Part shown: positions 9,515-18,390 of the stretch, one piece after another | How the letters are laid out: each line of letters starts with the position of its first letter | How positions within the stretch are numbered: the stretch's first letter is position 1 | IMG/VR virus record: IMGVR_UViG_3300032288_003288 | Strand: one strand, 5' to 3' | Source of the DNA: a virus | Length of the DNA: 64,000 bases | Program-made: the position numbers and the translations under genes | Notes under the pieces: generated by a model | Told to the model about the DNA's origin: nothing | Databases searched by the model: none | Seen by the model: the letters and a program-made list of their open reading frames with translations, nothing else

Positions 9515-10336
9515 TTAGACACTACCCCTAGTTTCTATACGAAAGGCCACGCTAGATATGCCTCCCCTGGACTTGGCCCGGAGATCCATCTTGACCTTGG
9601 ATCTGATCTTGGTGACATAGGAATCATCGATCATATAGAAGCCTGAAGGCGAGATAATAGAGTCTGCGGCAGCTCCCTTGTATCTGGTCAGAGTCTTCTT
9701 CCCCGTCATAGCCTCATAGATCAGAGCATCCATAAAATTGGTATTTTTCTGAGCAAAGTCAAGGATGGCGTTGACCAGAGCTGGCTTATTATTCTTCAGC
9801 CAGAGGTCGTAGCTACGGTCTTGAACTACCTTGCCGTTACTGATAAACTCGTCGATCAGCTTCTTGTTTCCTGAAGCTTGGATTCTGCCGATATTTTTAG
9901 ATGAGAGCAGCCGAGTAGGCATAGTTTTGAGTTCATCGATGATCGACAGCAAGACTTTCTTGGCATTCTGATCTGTGAGTGAACCAGCTGCAGCTTCAAA
10001 CAACTCGGCCGTGCTGGCTCCTTGACCAGATGCCAACTGAATACCACCCGCCATCTTTACAGATACAAAGTATTTTTTTGAAGAAGTGATCAGAACGATG
10101 TCAGTTTTTGGTTCAGGTTTGGCATAGATCGATCCTACACCCGGAATGTTTTCATCAGAGTGCCATGCCTCAATATTTTCACCTAGTTTCTTGATAATGT
10201 GCTCTACACATTTTTCGGCTTGATTGAGAATCTTGCTCGAATATGTCTTCTTAGCTTGAACTGGTGTCGTAGCGTTTCTCGCTCTAATAGACTCAACTAT
10301 CGCCCATTCTAGGTCGACGCCTTCTGATGCTGCCAT
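9515..10336 (-). CDS. PD-(D/E)XK-like nuclease-fold protein
   Basis: E..., PKTD...x9..SVK pattern; late promoter at 10356-10363. Confidence 0.55.
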   Translation of the reverse strand: MAASEGVDLEWAIVESIRARNATTPVQAKKTYSSKILNQAEKCVEHIIKKLGENIEAWHSDENIPGVGSIYAKPEPKTDIVLITSSKKYFVSVKMAGGIQLASGQGASTAELFEAAAGSLTDQNAKKVLLSIIDELKTMPTRLLSSKNIGRIQASGNKKLIDEFISNGKVVQDRSYDLWLKNNKPALVNAILDFAQKNTNFMDALIYEAMTGKKTLTRYKGAAADSIISPSGFYMIDDSYVTKIRSKVKMDLRAKSRGGISSVAFRIETRGSV

Positions 10337-10366
10337 TGAATAAACTCCTTCGTCTTATTTATAGAC

Positions 10367-10402
10367 AAAAGAAAACCGGCCCGCACATCGCTGTGGGGCC
10401 GG
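10367..10402 (-). terminator. Rho-independent terminator
   Basis: GC hairpin ccggccc...gggccgg followed by a U-rich tract on the minus strand. Confidence 0.75.
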
Positions 10403-10431
10403 CTGTGTTAATCTAATACCTATAGATCAGA

Positions 10432-10566
10432 TTATTTTCCTGTACCGGGCACTCGTGGTGCATCAGGCGAATCTTTATCTTTAACAATCTTATTTTCTAC
10501 AAGACCGCGCTGAACTAACGCTTTCTGTTGATTAGAAATGAATTTTGAGTAACGGTCAGTTGACAT
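10432..10566 (-). CDS. 44-aa late small protein (not in ORF track)
   Basis: MSTDRYSKFISNQQKALVQRGLVENKIVKDKDSPDAPRVPGTGK; SD GAGGA; TATAAATA at 10604-10611; own terminator. Confidence 0.7.
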   Translation of the reverse strand: MSTDRYSKFISNQQKALVQRGLVENKIVKDKDSPDAPRVPGTGK

Positions 10567-10614
10567 TTTATTTTCCTCGAATAAGGACAGATATTATCTA
10601 CAGTATTTATAAAA

Positions 10615-11166
10615 CTACAAAATCCAGTCTGGAGGATTGCGATTCTTCCAACTGTGCATTCGTGCTTTGCCGTACTTGTAGTAGTTTCGATAGTTGGTGA
10701 TGGGATCTTGACTGACGATGTATTGAACATCCATGCAACTAGGCATGCGAGTCATGTCCCATTCCTTGAGACCGAATGGAGGAGACTGGATCTGATAGCC
10801 TAGCTTGGTTATGGTCGCGTGAACTTTTCCATAACGAAAAGTATACTCATCCCCAAGAGCAAAAAGATGATCAACCAGCCAATTATAGTTGCTAACAGAT
10901 TGACGAGTCCAAATAGCAGAAGGGTGATTAATGTGAGTAGCACTATAAAGAATATCATTTCTGTCGTCTTTCAGCGTCCAGATTTTCTTACGTCGAGTCT
11001 TACCCGTGGGGTGTGTCTGTGCAATAGTCTCGACCATCTCGCCGTCGAGCAGGCGATGGGCAGTGGACAAGAGTTGCGCAGTCTCGAGAATCATCTTGAC
11101 TACGTGCTTGTCTACCATCCACTCTGCGCACTGTTTTGGGGATTCATCGAGATAAAAGATATTAAT
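10615..11166 (-). CDS. DenV-related pyrimidine dimer DNA glycosylase family protein
   Basis: NIFYLD...DKHVVKMILETAQLLSTAH, THINHPSAIW, YRNYY; start probably ATT at 11166. Confidence 0.75.
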   Translation of the reverse strand: MNIFYLDESPKQCAEWMVDKHVVKMILETAQLLSTAHRLLDGEMVETIAQTHPTGKTRRKKIWTLKDDRNDILYSATHINHPSAIWTRQSVSNYNWLVDHLFALGDEYTFRYGKVHATITKLGYQIQSPPFGLKEWDMTRMPSCMDVQYIVSQDPITNYRNYYKYGKARMHSWKNRNPPDWIL

Positions 11167-11167
11167 T

Positions 11168-11293
11168 TTATGTCTCCGGATCATCGAGCATCTCGTCACG
11201 CTCTTCGTCTGTCGTGTCGTTGGTAATTAGACTATACGCCAAGAGAGCTAAAATTGACATGATAAAACCGAATAAAATTATTTCACTTGTCAT
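11168..11293 (-). CDS. 41-aa single-TM membrane protein (not in ORF track)
   Basis: MTSEIILFGFIMSILALLAYSLITNDTTDEERDEMLDDPET; fills the gap between neighbouring genes. Confidence 0.6.
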   Translation of the reverse strand: MTSEIILFGFIMSILALLAYSLITNDTTDEERDEMLDDPET

Positions 11294-11558
11294 AGTCGAC
11301 CACATTCACAAACTTGAATTTCTGCTGACGATCCCAATCCTTGAGATAGTCGTTGTCTTCATCGAACTGACGAATGTACTCGTCGTCTGTGATCTCTCGA
11401 ACAGACGTGATGACCTCATCTAGGTGCTTCTGAGAAAACTCTGCCAGATTTCCGTCATGGTTCATAACGACTTCATCGGTAGCATGAACTGGATCCTTGG
11501 CTTCGATGACGTATCGCATGCGAAACATCGATATAGCTTCTACGAGATACTTAGCCAT
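11283..11558 (-). CDS. Hypothetical protein
   Basis: ORF in a co-directional array. Confidence 0.7.
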   Translation of the reverse strand: MAKYLVEAISMFRMRYVIEAKDPVHATDEVVMNHDGNLAEFSQKHLDEVITSVREITDDEYIRQFDEDNDYLKDWDRQQKFKFVNVVDYDK

Positions 11559-11796
11559 CTTTCTTTCTCCACTTAAACCCGAACACTAGTTCATGCATCT
11601 TACGATGAAGCCAATTAGGCTCCTTACCTTCGTCTGGCGTAAAGAAGACATTGCCGATCAATTCAACCGTCCATGCAGACTTCTTAGGCATACTAAATGT
11701 GTATGATCCTATAGAAGCTGAGAAACTTTCCGCATCAGTCCCAGAGACTTTCGTAGTATTTAGCGAAGAGTCGAAGTCCGTTTTGCTTTCGTTCAT
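11551..11796 (-). CDS. Hypothetical protein (start uncertain)
   Basis: PNWLHRKMHELVFGFKW C-terminus; fills gap. Confidence 0.5.
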   Translation of the reverse strand: MNESKTDFDSSLNTTKVSGTDAESFSASIGSYTFSMPKKSAWTVELIGNVFFTPDEGKEPNWLHRKMHELVFGFKWRKKDG

Positions 11797-12424
11797 GGTG
11801 CTTCTTCTTTCCTTCATGATCAACCCAATACGGCGGCTTAGATCCATCTTTTTGATGATTGAAACTGATGCTGTTCAGTCCCTTACGATCCTCTATAGGT
11901 GTAGAGATCATCTCGAGCTGGTCGATATTGTGATGGAACTGCGCATCGTCGTCTTGCAAAGCATATTGGTCGAATGCCCAGATCATCTCGTTTAGGACAT
12001 ATTCCCACTTGGCTTCGCCTTTGGCATCGTCTTCGTGCGTCCAAGTGTCTGGAGTCTTACCGATTACACAAAGCTCTTCAGGAACATCTTCGTTGTCGAC
12101 GAACGGAACGCCGTTCTTGATCTCCTTTAGCTTCTTCAGCAGAGGAGCGATGACGATGCCTAGAGTATGATCCATAGACCACACATCGTATCCGTCGATG
12201 TGAACCTTTACACGTCGCTTGCGGCTGTTAGACCAACGATTGATAGGACGAAACAGAGTAGATAGACCAGAGAATATTCCATATACTACCTTATCATACC
12301 AAGTGTAGTCGTCTTCATTAAAACAGTAGTTGTCTGTCTGCGCCATGCGCATATAATCGTAGCGCCGTTCCCAACTGTAGACTGGAATCAAGTCGCTACG
12401 ATATGGCCCGATATTGATACGCAT
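11735..12424 (-). CDS. Conserved hypothetical T4-like protein
   Basis: YDVWSMDHTL...WEYVLNEMIWAF...GLRLFAKYYESLWD. Confidence 0.8.
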   Translation of the reverse strand: MRINIGPYRSDLIPVYSWERRYDYMRMAQTDNYCFNEDDYTWYDKVVYGIFSGLSTLFRPINRWSNSRKRRVKVHIDGYDVWSMDHTLGIVIAPLLKKLKEIKNGVPFVDNEDVPEELCVIGKTPDTWTHEDDAKGEAKWEYVLNEMIWAFDQYALQDDDAQFHHNIDQLEMISTPIEDRKGLNSISFNHQKDGSKPPYWVDHEGKKKHHERKQNGLRLFAKYYESLWD

Positions 12425-12669
12425 TATTCGTAGATCTTCTTCAACTGTTCAGGAGTCGCGAACCAATTGAGCAGTGCATCTGTAGCAGCAACGTGACGCT
12501 GCAGCTCGGCCTTGTCGTACTCTTCGTCTGCCCAATCAAAGATAGCCGGGCGACCGCCATTCTTGATCGACTCAATGTCTTTGAGCCAATTTTCACGACA
12601 CGCCGCCAACTGATCGACCACAATCTGATCGATCATCTCATCATTAAGTTCAATAGTATACTTGTTCAT
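12424..12669 (-). CDS. Hypothetical protein
   Basis: Coupled ORF. Confidence 0.7.
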   Translation of the reverse strand: MNKYTIELNDEMIDQIVVDQLAACRENWLKDIESIKNGGRPAIFDWADEEYDKAELQRHVAATDALLNWFATPEQLKKIYE

Positions 12670-12830
12670 CGCTGAGATTCCTTATACTCATTATAACGCT
12701 CGGCGATGTCTATCCACCGCCGCATTGCCTGATCACCTTCGCCGCGCTTGTTCGTAGCTCTATAAAGACTAGCACCATTATAGGCGATAGCGTACAACTC
12801 CACAGCATCACGTATAATATCTTTGCTCAT
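12666..12830 (-). CDS. 54-aa hypothetical protein (not in ORF track)
   Basis: MSKDIIRDAVELYAIAYNG...; overlaps both neighbours (TGATG and ATGA). Confidence 0.6.
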   Translation of the reverse strand: MSKDIIRDAVELYAIAYNGASLYRATNKRGEGDQAMRRWIDIAERYNEYKESQR

Positions 12831-13216
12831 CATACTACCTTCTTATAACGATTGACTGTGCCGTCGGGTTCTACTACCATCAATTCATCTTGATACGAAG
12901 CCATGACTCGATACTCGTCTTCGGCAATGACTCGATCATGATCGCGAAGAGCACGCATCACAGCATTGGCTATGCCATACTTATTACGATTCGTGTCGAT
13001 AGCTTCCTGTACGGCCTGCGCACACTTCTTATAGACCTCGTCGGGGATAGACCAAGACATGTCTAGCGCGTCTTCAAACTGACCTACGCGGCGCAGATAT
13101 GCCTGACCACCATCGACTGAGATGGCACCACACTGACAAGTTACAAAGTCATGACGATGCTTGGAGACGATGAAGTCGTGGCACTTCTTACAGACTGCTG
13201 CGTTCTGTACAATCAT
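12830..13216 (-). CDS. Zn-ribbon hypothetical protein
   Basis: CKKC...HRHDFVTCQCGAISVDGG. Confidence 0.75.
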   Translation of the reverse strand: MIVQNAAVCKKCHDFIVSKHRHDFVTCQCGAISVDGGQAYLRRVGQFEDALDMSWSIPDEVYKKCAQAVQEAIDTNRNKYGIANAVMRALRDHDRVIAEDEYRVMASYQDELMVVEPDGTVNRYKKVV

Positions 13217-13398
13217 ATGAATTTCCAATCTCTAATGGGACTGAAGCTAAGAGTCGTCTGATCGAATGAGTTGTAGACAGCGGCTTCGAAGCCAGACTTC
13301 TCGGCCTTTTCCATGGCATCGTACAGGCTGTCGCCCTCGTAGATGGCGTATCCATGGTTAACCAGATGGGTGACAATCATAGGTTCGTCCTTCTTCAT
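13213..13398 (-). CDS. Early small hypothetical protein
   Basis: Directly after promoter 13408-13436. Confidence 0.65.
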   Translation of the reverse strand: MKKDEPMIVTHLVNHGYAIYEGDSLYDAMEKAEKSGFEAAVYNSFDQTTLSFSPIRDWKFI

Positions 13399-13448
13399 TA
13401 TAGGTCTATCCTACCATAGTTTTAGAAATAAGTACATGCCTATTTTTT

Positions 13449-13868
13449 CTATGACCTGCGCTTGCCAGTAGAAGGATCTGCAGCGTCTTCTTTAGAGAGT
13501 ACCACCAGTCCGCCTTTGTTATAGGCCTGACCGACGATGTAGTTGCTGCTGACCTCGAGTTTGGCCTGCTCGTAAGCAGTGTTTTTGGTATAGTGAACAC
13601 CGATCTCGTTCTGAGAAGGATATCTTCGACGATGATCGCCTATCTCGTATTTAGGCATGGGAGTGCCACGAAGCTGAGGCTTGTAGTTGCCTTGACGATA
13701 CGCCACGTACTCTTCCAGCGTCTTTGGCTTGATGCCGAGTTTCTTGGCGCGCTTGCAGTCTTCGCGCCAGTCGAAAGCCCACTTTGTGAACTTGCTGTCG
13801 CTGACTTTAGATTTGCGATTACCGCGATTGGTTGTGGTCCAGGCCGGACCAAGGAGATGCATGCTCAT
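13449..13868 (-). CDS. Conserved basic T4-like hypothetical protein
   Basis: MSMHLLGP...QAYNKGGLVVLS. Confidence 0.75.
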   Translation of the reverse strand: MSMHLLGPAWTTTNRGNRKSKVSDSKFTKWAFDWREDCKRAKKLGIKPKTLEEYVAYRQGNYKPQLRGTPMPKYEIGDHRRRYPSQNEIGVHYTKNTAYEQAKLEVSSNYIVGQAYNKGGLVVLSKEDAADPSTGKRRS

Positions 13869-13870
13869 GA

Positions 13871-14122
13871 TTACTTCTTCTTGAAACCGCGGAGGAGGCG
13901 ACCGATGTCTGCGTCATCGAACGAGCCAGTGTTGTACCAGACTCGAGCTGCCACGCATTCGATTTCCTCACGGCCGCACGAGACCTCGTTCTTGCAGCCG
14001 ATGCAAGGGATGTCACGATCGTTTTCGGGGGTGTTAAGAGGGACTTGAGAAGCTTTGCTCCGGCCGTTGACAAAGGCCGTGTCAGTCCAGATCGAAAAAT
14101 ATTCCATGCTCATGTGATTCAC
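13871..14122 (-). CDS. Cys-rich hypothetical protein
   Basis: PCIGC...C...C; promoter 14142-14170. Confidence 0.65.
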   Translation of the reverse strand: MNHMSMEYFSIWTDTAFVNGRSKASQVPLNTPENDRDIPCIGCKNEVSCGREEIECVAARVWYNTGSFDDADIGRLLRGFKKK

Positions 14123-14202
14123 CTTCAGTTGTTATTCTTACATCCTACTATAAACTGAAGAATATGTACATAGCCTATTTTTTCTTTACATTTCAAAGAC
14201 AT

Positions 14203-14345
14203 AAAAAAATGGGGACGGCCGTAGCCGCCCCCAACGGGTGTGTAGCAGGAGGAACCCCACCTTTGATCCTGCCTCTTCCAATCGCTTCTGTTAGAAAGCA
14301 CTTGCCGCTTCATACATCCGTATGAACCACACCACGGACTGCACC
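14203..14345 (-). ncRNA. Putative structured late ncRNA
   Basis: Between TATAAATA (14348-14355) and a terminator (14203-14232); multi-helix fold. Confidence 0.6.
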
Positions 14346-14350
14346 CCTAT

Positions 14351-14596
14351 TTATAACACTTCGTGAGTTTCCGGATAACAATGAATCGTTTTTTGTAAAA
14401 AAAATGCTGGAGTCCAGCCGTCGAAGCCTCCTCCGAAGTTTAGGTGTCGACAAAGATCCTTCGCCTTCTTGTATGGAAGAGCTTCAGCTACGGTGTATCC
14501 TGTAGGAAGTTCGAGGATGTCAGCTCCTCGTTCTACGTATCTATTAGATTCGTTTCCATAACATTGTCTGTCGTTGATAAGCCTATACTTCATCAT
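14351..14596 (-). CDS. Conserved hypothetical protein
   Basis: LNFGGGFDGWTPAFF. Confidence 0.7.
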   Translation of the reverse strand: MMKYRLINDRQCYGNESNRYVERGADILELPTGYTVAEALPYKKAKDLCRHLNFGGGFDGWTPAFFLQKTIHCYPETHEVL

Positions 14597-15000
14597 TTTT
14601 CCTTGATCCTCTTACGTAGTTCAGAAGAAGACAGATGGTGCTGCCTCGAGTTGTAATATACGTAAATCCTTTTGGCTTCACATATATCCTTACCGGTAAA
14701 GTCTTTGTCTCTATAGTCTTCGCCGATAATTCTGACATCGAAGCGGCGTGATTCCAAGATTAGTTTCACTTCCTCTTCGGTGGTGTAAGGGATAATCTCA
14801 TCGACGTACTTACATCCTTTCAACTGGATGTACCGTTCATAGAGAGACTGAATAGGCCGATTCTTTTCTGGACGATCGACCGTGGGATCTGACTGCAGAC
14901 CTACGACTAGATAGTCGCAAACGTCCTTGGCTTCCTCAAGCATGAGGATATGGCCAGCATGTAACAAATCAAACGAGCTAAATGTAATACCTACTGTCAT
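14593..15000 (-). CDS. Glycerol-3-phosphate cytidylyltransferase-like (TagD family)
   Basis: FDLLHAGH, YVDEIIPY, R.HHLSSSELR. Confidence 0.85.
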   Translation of the reverse strand: MTVGITFSSFDLLHAGHILMLEEAKDVCDYLVVGLQSDPTVDRPEKNRPIQSLYERYIQLKGCKYVDEIIPYTTEEEVKLILESRRFDVRIIGEDYRDKDFTGKDICEAKRIYVYYNSRQHHLSSSELRKRIKEK

Positions 15001-15006
15001 AATACC

Positions 15007-15357
15007 TCAACTATAGTGGACGAATGTCATGAGCTTCCATTCTTCGTCCATGTAATGTGCAAATTTAGGAAACAATCGAATGAATTCGTTTTTAGCTTTA
15101 ACTTTATAGCTCTTAAGCCAATCGGGCTCTATTTCTACCCATACATCTCCTTCGTCTCCCCAGCGAAGATTTCCAGAATCGAAAAAGATCTTGCCGAAGA
15201 TCATATAACTGCCACCCATGCCATCCATAATTACATCTAGATCTTCGCTAGCCTTGAGCTCGTCATAGACTTCTTCCTCGGCTTCGGAGAATTCATTGTC
15301 ATATTTGTCGATCTTTACACCGTAGACAGTGTAATAATGAATATTAATTCCCATCAC
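15007..15357 (-). CDS. Hypothetical protein
   Basis: Coupled ORF. Confidence 0.7.
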   Translation of the reverse strand: MMGINIHYYTVYGVKIDKYDNEFSEAEEEVYDELKASEDLDVIMDGMGGSYMIFGKIFFDSGNLRWGDEGDVWVEIEPDWLKSYKVKAKNEFIRLFPKFAHYMDEEWKLMTFVHYS

Positions 15358-16760
15358 TTAAATCCACTAAACTTTGCGCGATCAAACTTACTGACTGGCT
15401 TGCTCTCGTTCTCTAGTCGTTCTCCTACAGGAGTTCTATCCATTACAGAGCCAGTATCTACGAGATCTTCTTGCGCCGAGTCTTCTGCATCGTACAGCTT
15501 CATTCTAGCACGATCGACGCCAACCACAAATCGCTTATACATCGAAGGATCGTTGTAGCGATTCTTGAGCTGCTTGATCATGATCTGACCGAGTTGCTCG
15601 AGCTCTTCGGTAGAGATGAGAGCAAACATAAAGTCGGCGGTAGCGGGCAGACCAAACGATTCTGAGGTGTCAGTCAGGCCGACGTCAGAGTTGTCATAGC
15701 CACTCCGAGTAGTCTGCGTTGCCGAGATGACAGGAACATTGAACTCAACAGCCAGACCACGAAGTTCTTCGGCGATGGCCTTGATTAGAGTATATGAGTT
15801 GACGTTAGAACCCATCTTCATACGAGAAGATGCACAGATGTTGAGATAGTCGATGTAGATAATATCGGGAACGAAGTTCTTCTTGATCTTCAGTTCGTTA
15901 AGAAGATGTCTGAAGTTACCGCTGCCAGCGCTGGCAGTTGGATATTCCTTGACGATCAACTTACCTGTAGTCTTACCACGAACCTTACTCAGCATCTTAT
16001 AATAAGTGTCCTGCGGCAACTCAGCCAACTGATCGATGGTCACATTCAAAAGATTGGCGTCGATACGCTCTGCGATCTTCTCTTCACTCATTTCCAGGGT
16101 GATGTACAGAACATTGTACCCGTCCATGAGATTGGTAGCCGCGCAGTGACACATAAACAGAGACTTACCGACGCCAGTTCCAGCCAAGGCAATATTGAGA
16201 GTCTTACGCGGAACACCTCCTTTGGTGATCTTGTTCATGTAGTCGAGATTGAACGGGATACGGAATTCCTTGGTGTGATAGAACTCATAGCGTTCTTCCA
16301 CATTCTCGAGGAAGTCGTGACCGATGCTGGTATCGAACGACACGGCCAGAGCATCAGACAGTAGCTGAGGAATGCTGCCTTTGCTCAGGTTCTTGGCCTT
16401 GTCGTCGATAATCTTGATCGACTCCATGATGGCATTGTAGATCGCTTTGTCTTGGCAAAACTTTTCGGTCTGATCGACGAGCCACTCGATGTCATTACCA
16501 GTAGGCTCATCGAGCTTGGTAATGATCTCTTTGGCATTGACAAACTGCTCGTCGCTCAGACCTTCGATGTTGTTCACATCGATCAGAAGGGCTTCTTTAG
16601 TAGGTGCACTGTTATACTTCTTGACGTAGTCATCAATCAGGTTATAGACTTTCCTTTCGACGATGTCATGAAAGTATTCACCACGCAAGAACGGAATAGT
16701 CTTGCGAGCATACTCTTCATTATGAATAAGATTGCTAAAGATTGCCTCTTCGATTTTCAC
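15354..16760 (-). CDS. 41: Replicative DNA helicase gp41
   Basis: AGTGVGKS Walker A, IDYLNIC, SATQTTRSG, SESFGLPATAD. Confidence 0.97.
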   Translation of the reverse strand: MKIEEAIFSNLIHNEEYARKTIPFLRGEYFHDIVERKVYNLIDDYVKKYNSAPTKEALLIDVNNIEGLSDEQFVNAKEIITKLDEPTGNDIEWLVDQTEKFCQDKAIYNAIMESIKIIDDKAKNLSKGSIPQLLSDALAVSFDTSIGHDFLENVEERYEFYHTKEFRIPFNLDYMNKITKGGVPRKTLNIALAGTGVGKSLFMCHCAATNLMDGYNVLYITLEMSEEKIAERIDANLLNVTIDQLAELPQDTYYKMLSKVRGKTTGKLIVKEYPTASAGSGNFRHLLNELKIKKNFVPDIIYIDYLNICASSRMKMGSNVNSYTLIKAIAEELRGLAVEFNVPVISATQTTRSGYDNSDVGLTDTSESFGLPATADFMFALISTEELEQLGQIMIKQLKNRYNDPSMYKRFVVGVDRARMKLYDAEDSAQEDLVDTGSVMDRTPVGERLENESKPVSKFDRAKFSGFK

Positions 16761-17014
16761 TCAACTACCTCTTCATATGTCTGTTCAAAGATATCAGGTT
16801 TGCATGGATAGAATTCACCTGCAACACCTTTGATGATGAAGTCTCCAACAGATGCATCCATGATACCTTCCGGCGTATAGATCTGTAAGACATTATACGG
16901 TACCATTCTACGAGCTTTACCAATAAATTGTGAGACCTCTTCTAAGTTTTCTCCGGTCCACAGAATGGCTTCGACCACAACTGGCTTCTTACGAAACTTA
17001 GGCAATGTCTTCAT
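16757..17014 (-). CDS. Conserved phage protein
   Basis: RKKPVVVEA...GDFIIKGVAGEFYPCKPDIF. Confidence 0.8.
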   Translation of the reverse strand: MKTLPKFRKKPVVVEAILWTGENLEEVSQFIGKARRMVPYNVLQIYTPEGIMDASVGDFIIKGVAGEFYPCKPDIFEQTYEEVVE

Positions 17015-18080
17015 CCTCTTCTAGAATGTCGTACACTTCGCTCATGACATCTTCCTTCATGATGTCACCATTTCCGACAGCATACTTTTCTTCGATGTAC
17101 TTCTTGAAGGAAGGAGCCTGTAGAATGGGCAGCCAGAAATCGGCAGTGTAGGTATCAGCATGGCGATAGTTCTTTTCAAAGATTTCGCCAGTCTCGAGGT
17201 CGACCTTCTGATACCAACCGACCTTAGGCTTGATAACGTGGCCAGACTCGAGAGCCATGTCCAACAGACCTGACCACTTGCTGATACCATCTTGCCACGA
17301 CACTTCGATAGGGATCTTGCTCTTTTCCTTGACGAAGCGTGACTTCTCGACGTTGATGATAAAGTTGTAGCCGACTGTGTCCTTGCCATCCTTTTCCTGC
17401 TGACGACCAAGGATATAGATGTTGTCAGCAGAGTAGTAGATACCAGTGCCGCCGCTAACGACTGGCTTCGAGTACATTTCCTGTGTCATGTAAGTATGAT
17501 TGACCACGACCAGAGGAATGTCCTTGAGGTTGAGATGCGGCGTGACCATACGGAACAGAGACTTGATCTGCTTAGCGCGACTCATGTCGGCAGCAGAGTT
17601 TTGCTTGAGAGCATCTTCGACTTCCTTCTTGGAAGCGAGGTTGCCTACAGAGTCGATGACAATGATCACGCGTTCATCGCGAGTAATATTCTCGAGCTGA
17701 GCCATGATGTCGAACTTCAACTGCTCGACGTCAGTGATAGGAGTATGAAGCACTCGCTTGGTGTCGATCTTGAAGGTCTCGAAGTATGACTGCGGGGTGC
17801 CGAACTCAGAGTCATAGAACATGAGGACCGAACCAGGATATTTGTCCATGTAAGCCTTGGCCATAAGCAGGCTGAACGAAGTCTTGAAGTGCTTCGAAGG
17901 ACCAGCCCAGATGGTCAGGCCTGGAGTGAGACCACCGTCGAGCTTGCCTGAGAGGGCGATGTTGATCGCTGGCACCGAAGTGGGGATCATGTCCTTCTTG
18001 GTGAAGAACTTGGATTCTGACAGGATATCAGTATCCTTGATAGTGGTATTCTTACGTAGCTTATTGAGAAGATCAGACAT
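16998..18080 (-). CDS. uvsX: RecA-like recombinase UvsX
   Basis: GPSKHFKT, YDSEFG, IDSVGNLAS, SGGTG. Confidence 0.97.
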   Translation of the reverse strand: MSDLLNKLRKNTTIKDTDILSESKFFTKKDMIPTSVPAINIALSGKLDGGLTPGLTIWAGPSKHFKTSFSLLMAKAYMDKYPGSVLMFYDSEFGTPQSYFETFKIDTKRVLHTPITDVEQLKFDIMAQLENITRDERVIIVIDSVGNLASKKEVEDALKQNSAADMSRAKQIKSLFRMVTPHLNLKDIPLVVVNHTYMTQEMYSKPVVSGGTGIYYSADNIYILGRQQEKDGKDTVGYNFIINVEKSRFVKEKSKIPIEVSWQDGISKWSGLLDMALESGHVIKPKVGWYQKVDLETGEIFEKNYRHADTYTADFWLPILQAPSFKKYIEEKYAVGNGDIMKEDVMSEVYDILEEDEDIA

Positions 18081-18141
18081 AATAACTCCTTTGCAACATT
18101 ATGCAGTATACCTCATTAACGATGTCAAGTACATAGTTTTA

Positions 18142-18390
18142 CTAGCTAGCTATGACAGCTTGCAGCTTCTTCTTGAACTCTTCGATCTTGGCAGCTCGAT
18201 TTGGCCAATGAATGTACGCATTCTTGTCTGCGTCTTTGGCCAAATTATTGAGAAGCGGCAAGACGAGCTTATACATCAGCTCTGCCTTTTGTTGACCTTC
18301 TACTGTGGCAGCCTCTGCCTGCTGAAAGATGTCGTCGCTGACAGTAGTAAAGCCGAAGTCGAACTCTTCGTCTAGATCTAGGATTCCCAT
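18142..18390 (-). CDS. Conserved hypothetical protein
   Basis: FDFGFT...PLLNNL...YIHWPNR. Confidence 0.75.
   Translation of the reverse strand: MGILDLDEEFDFGFTTVSDDIFQQAEAATVEGQQKAELMYKLVLPLLNNLAKDADKNAYIHWPNRAAKIEEFKKKLQAVIAS

Noticed and set aside
14125-14313. 62-aa ORF from the track
   Set aside because: It has no SD and runs through a terminator and the next promoter; the region is better explained as an ncRNA.
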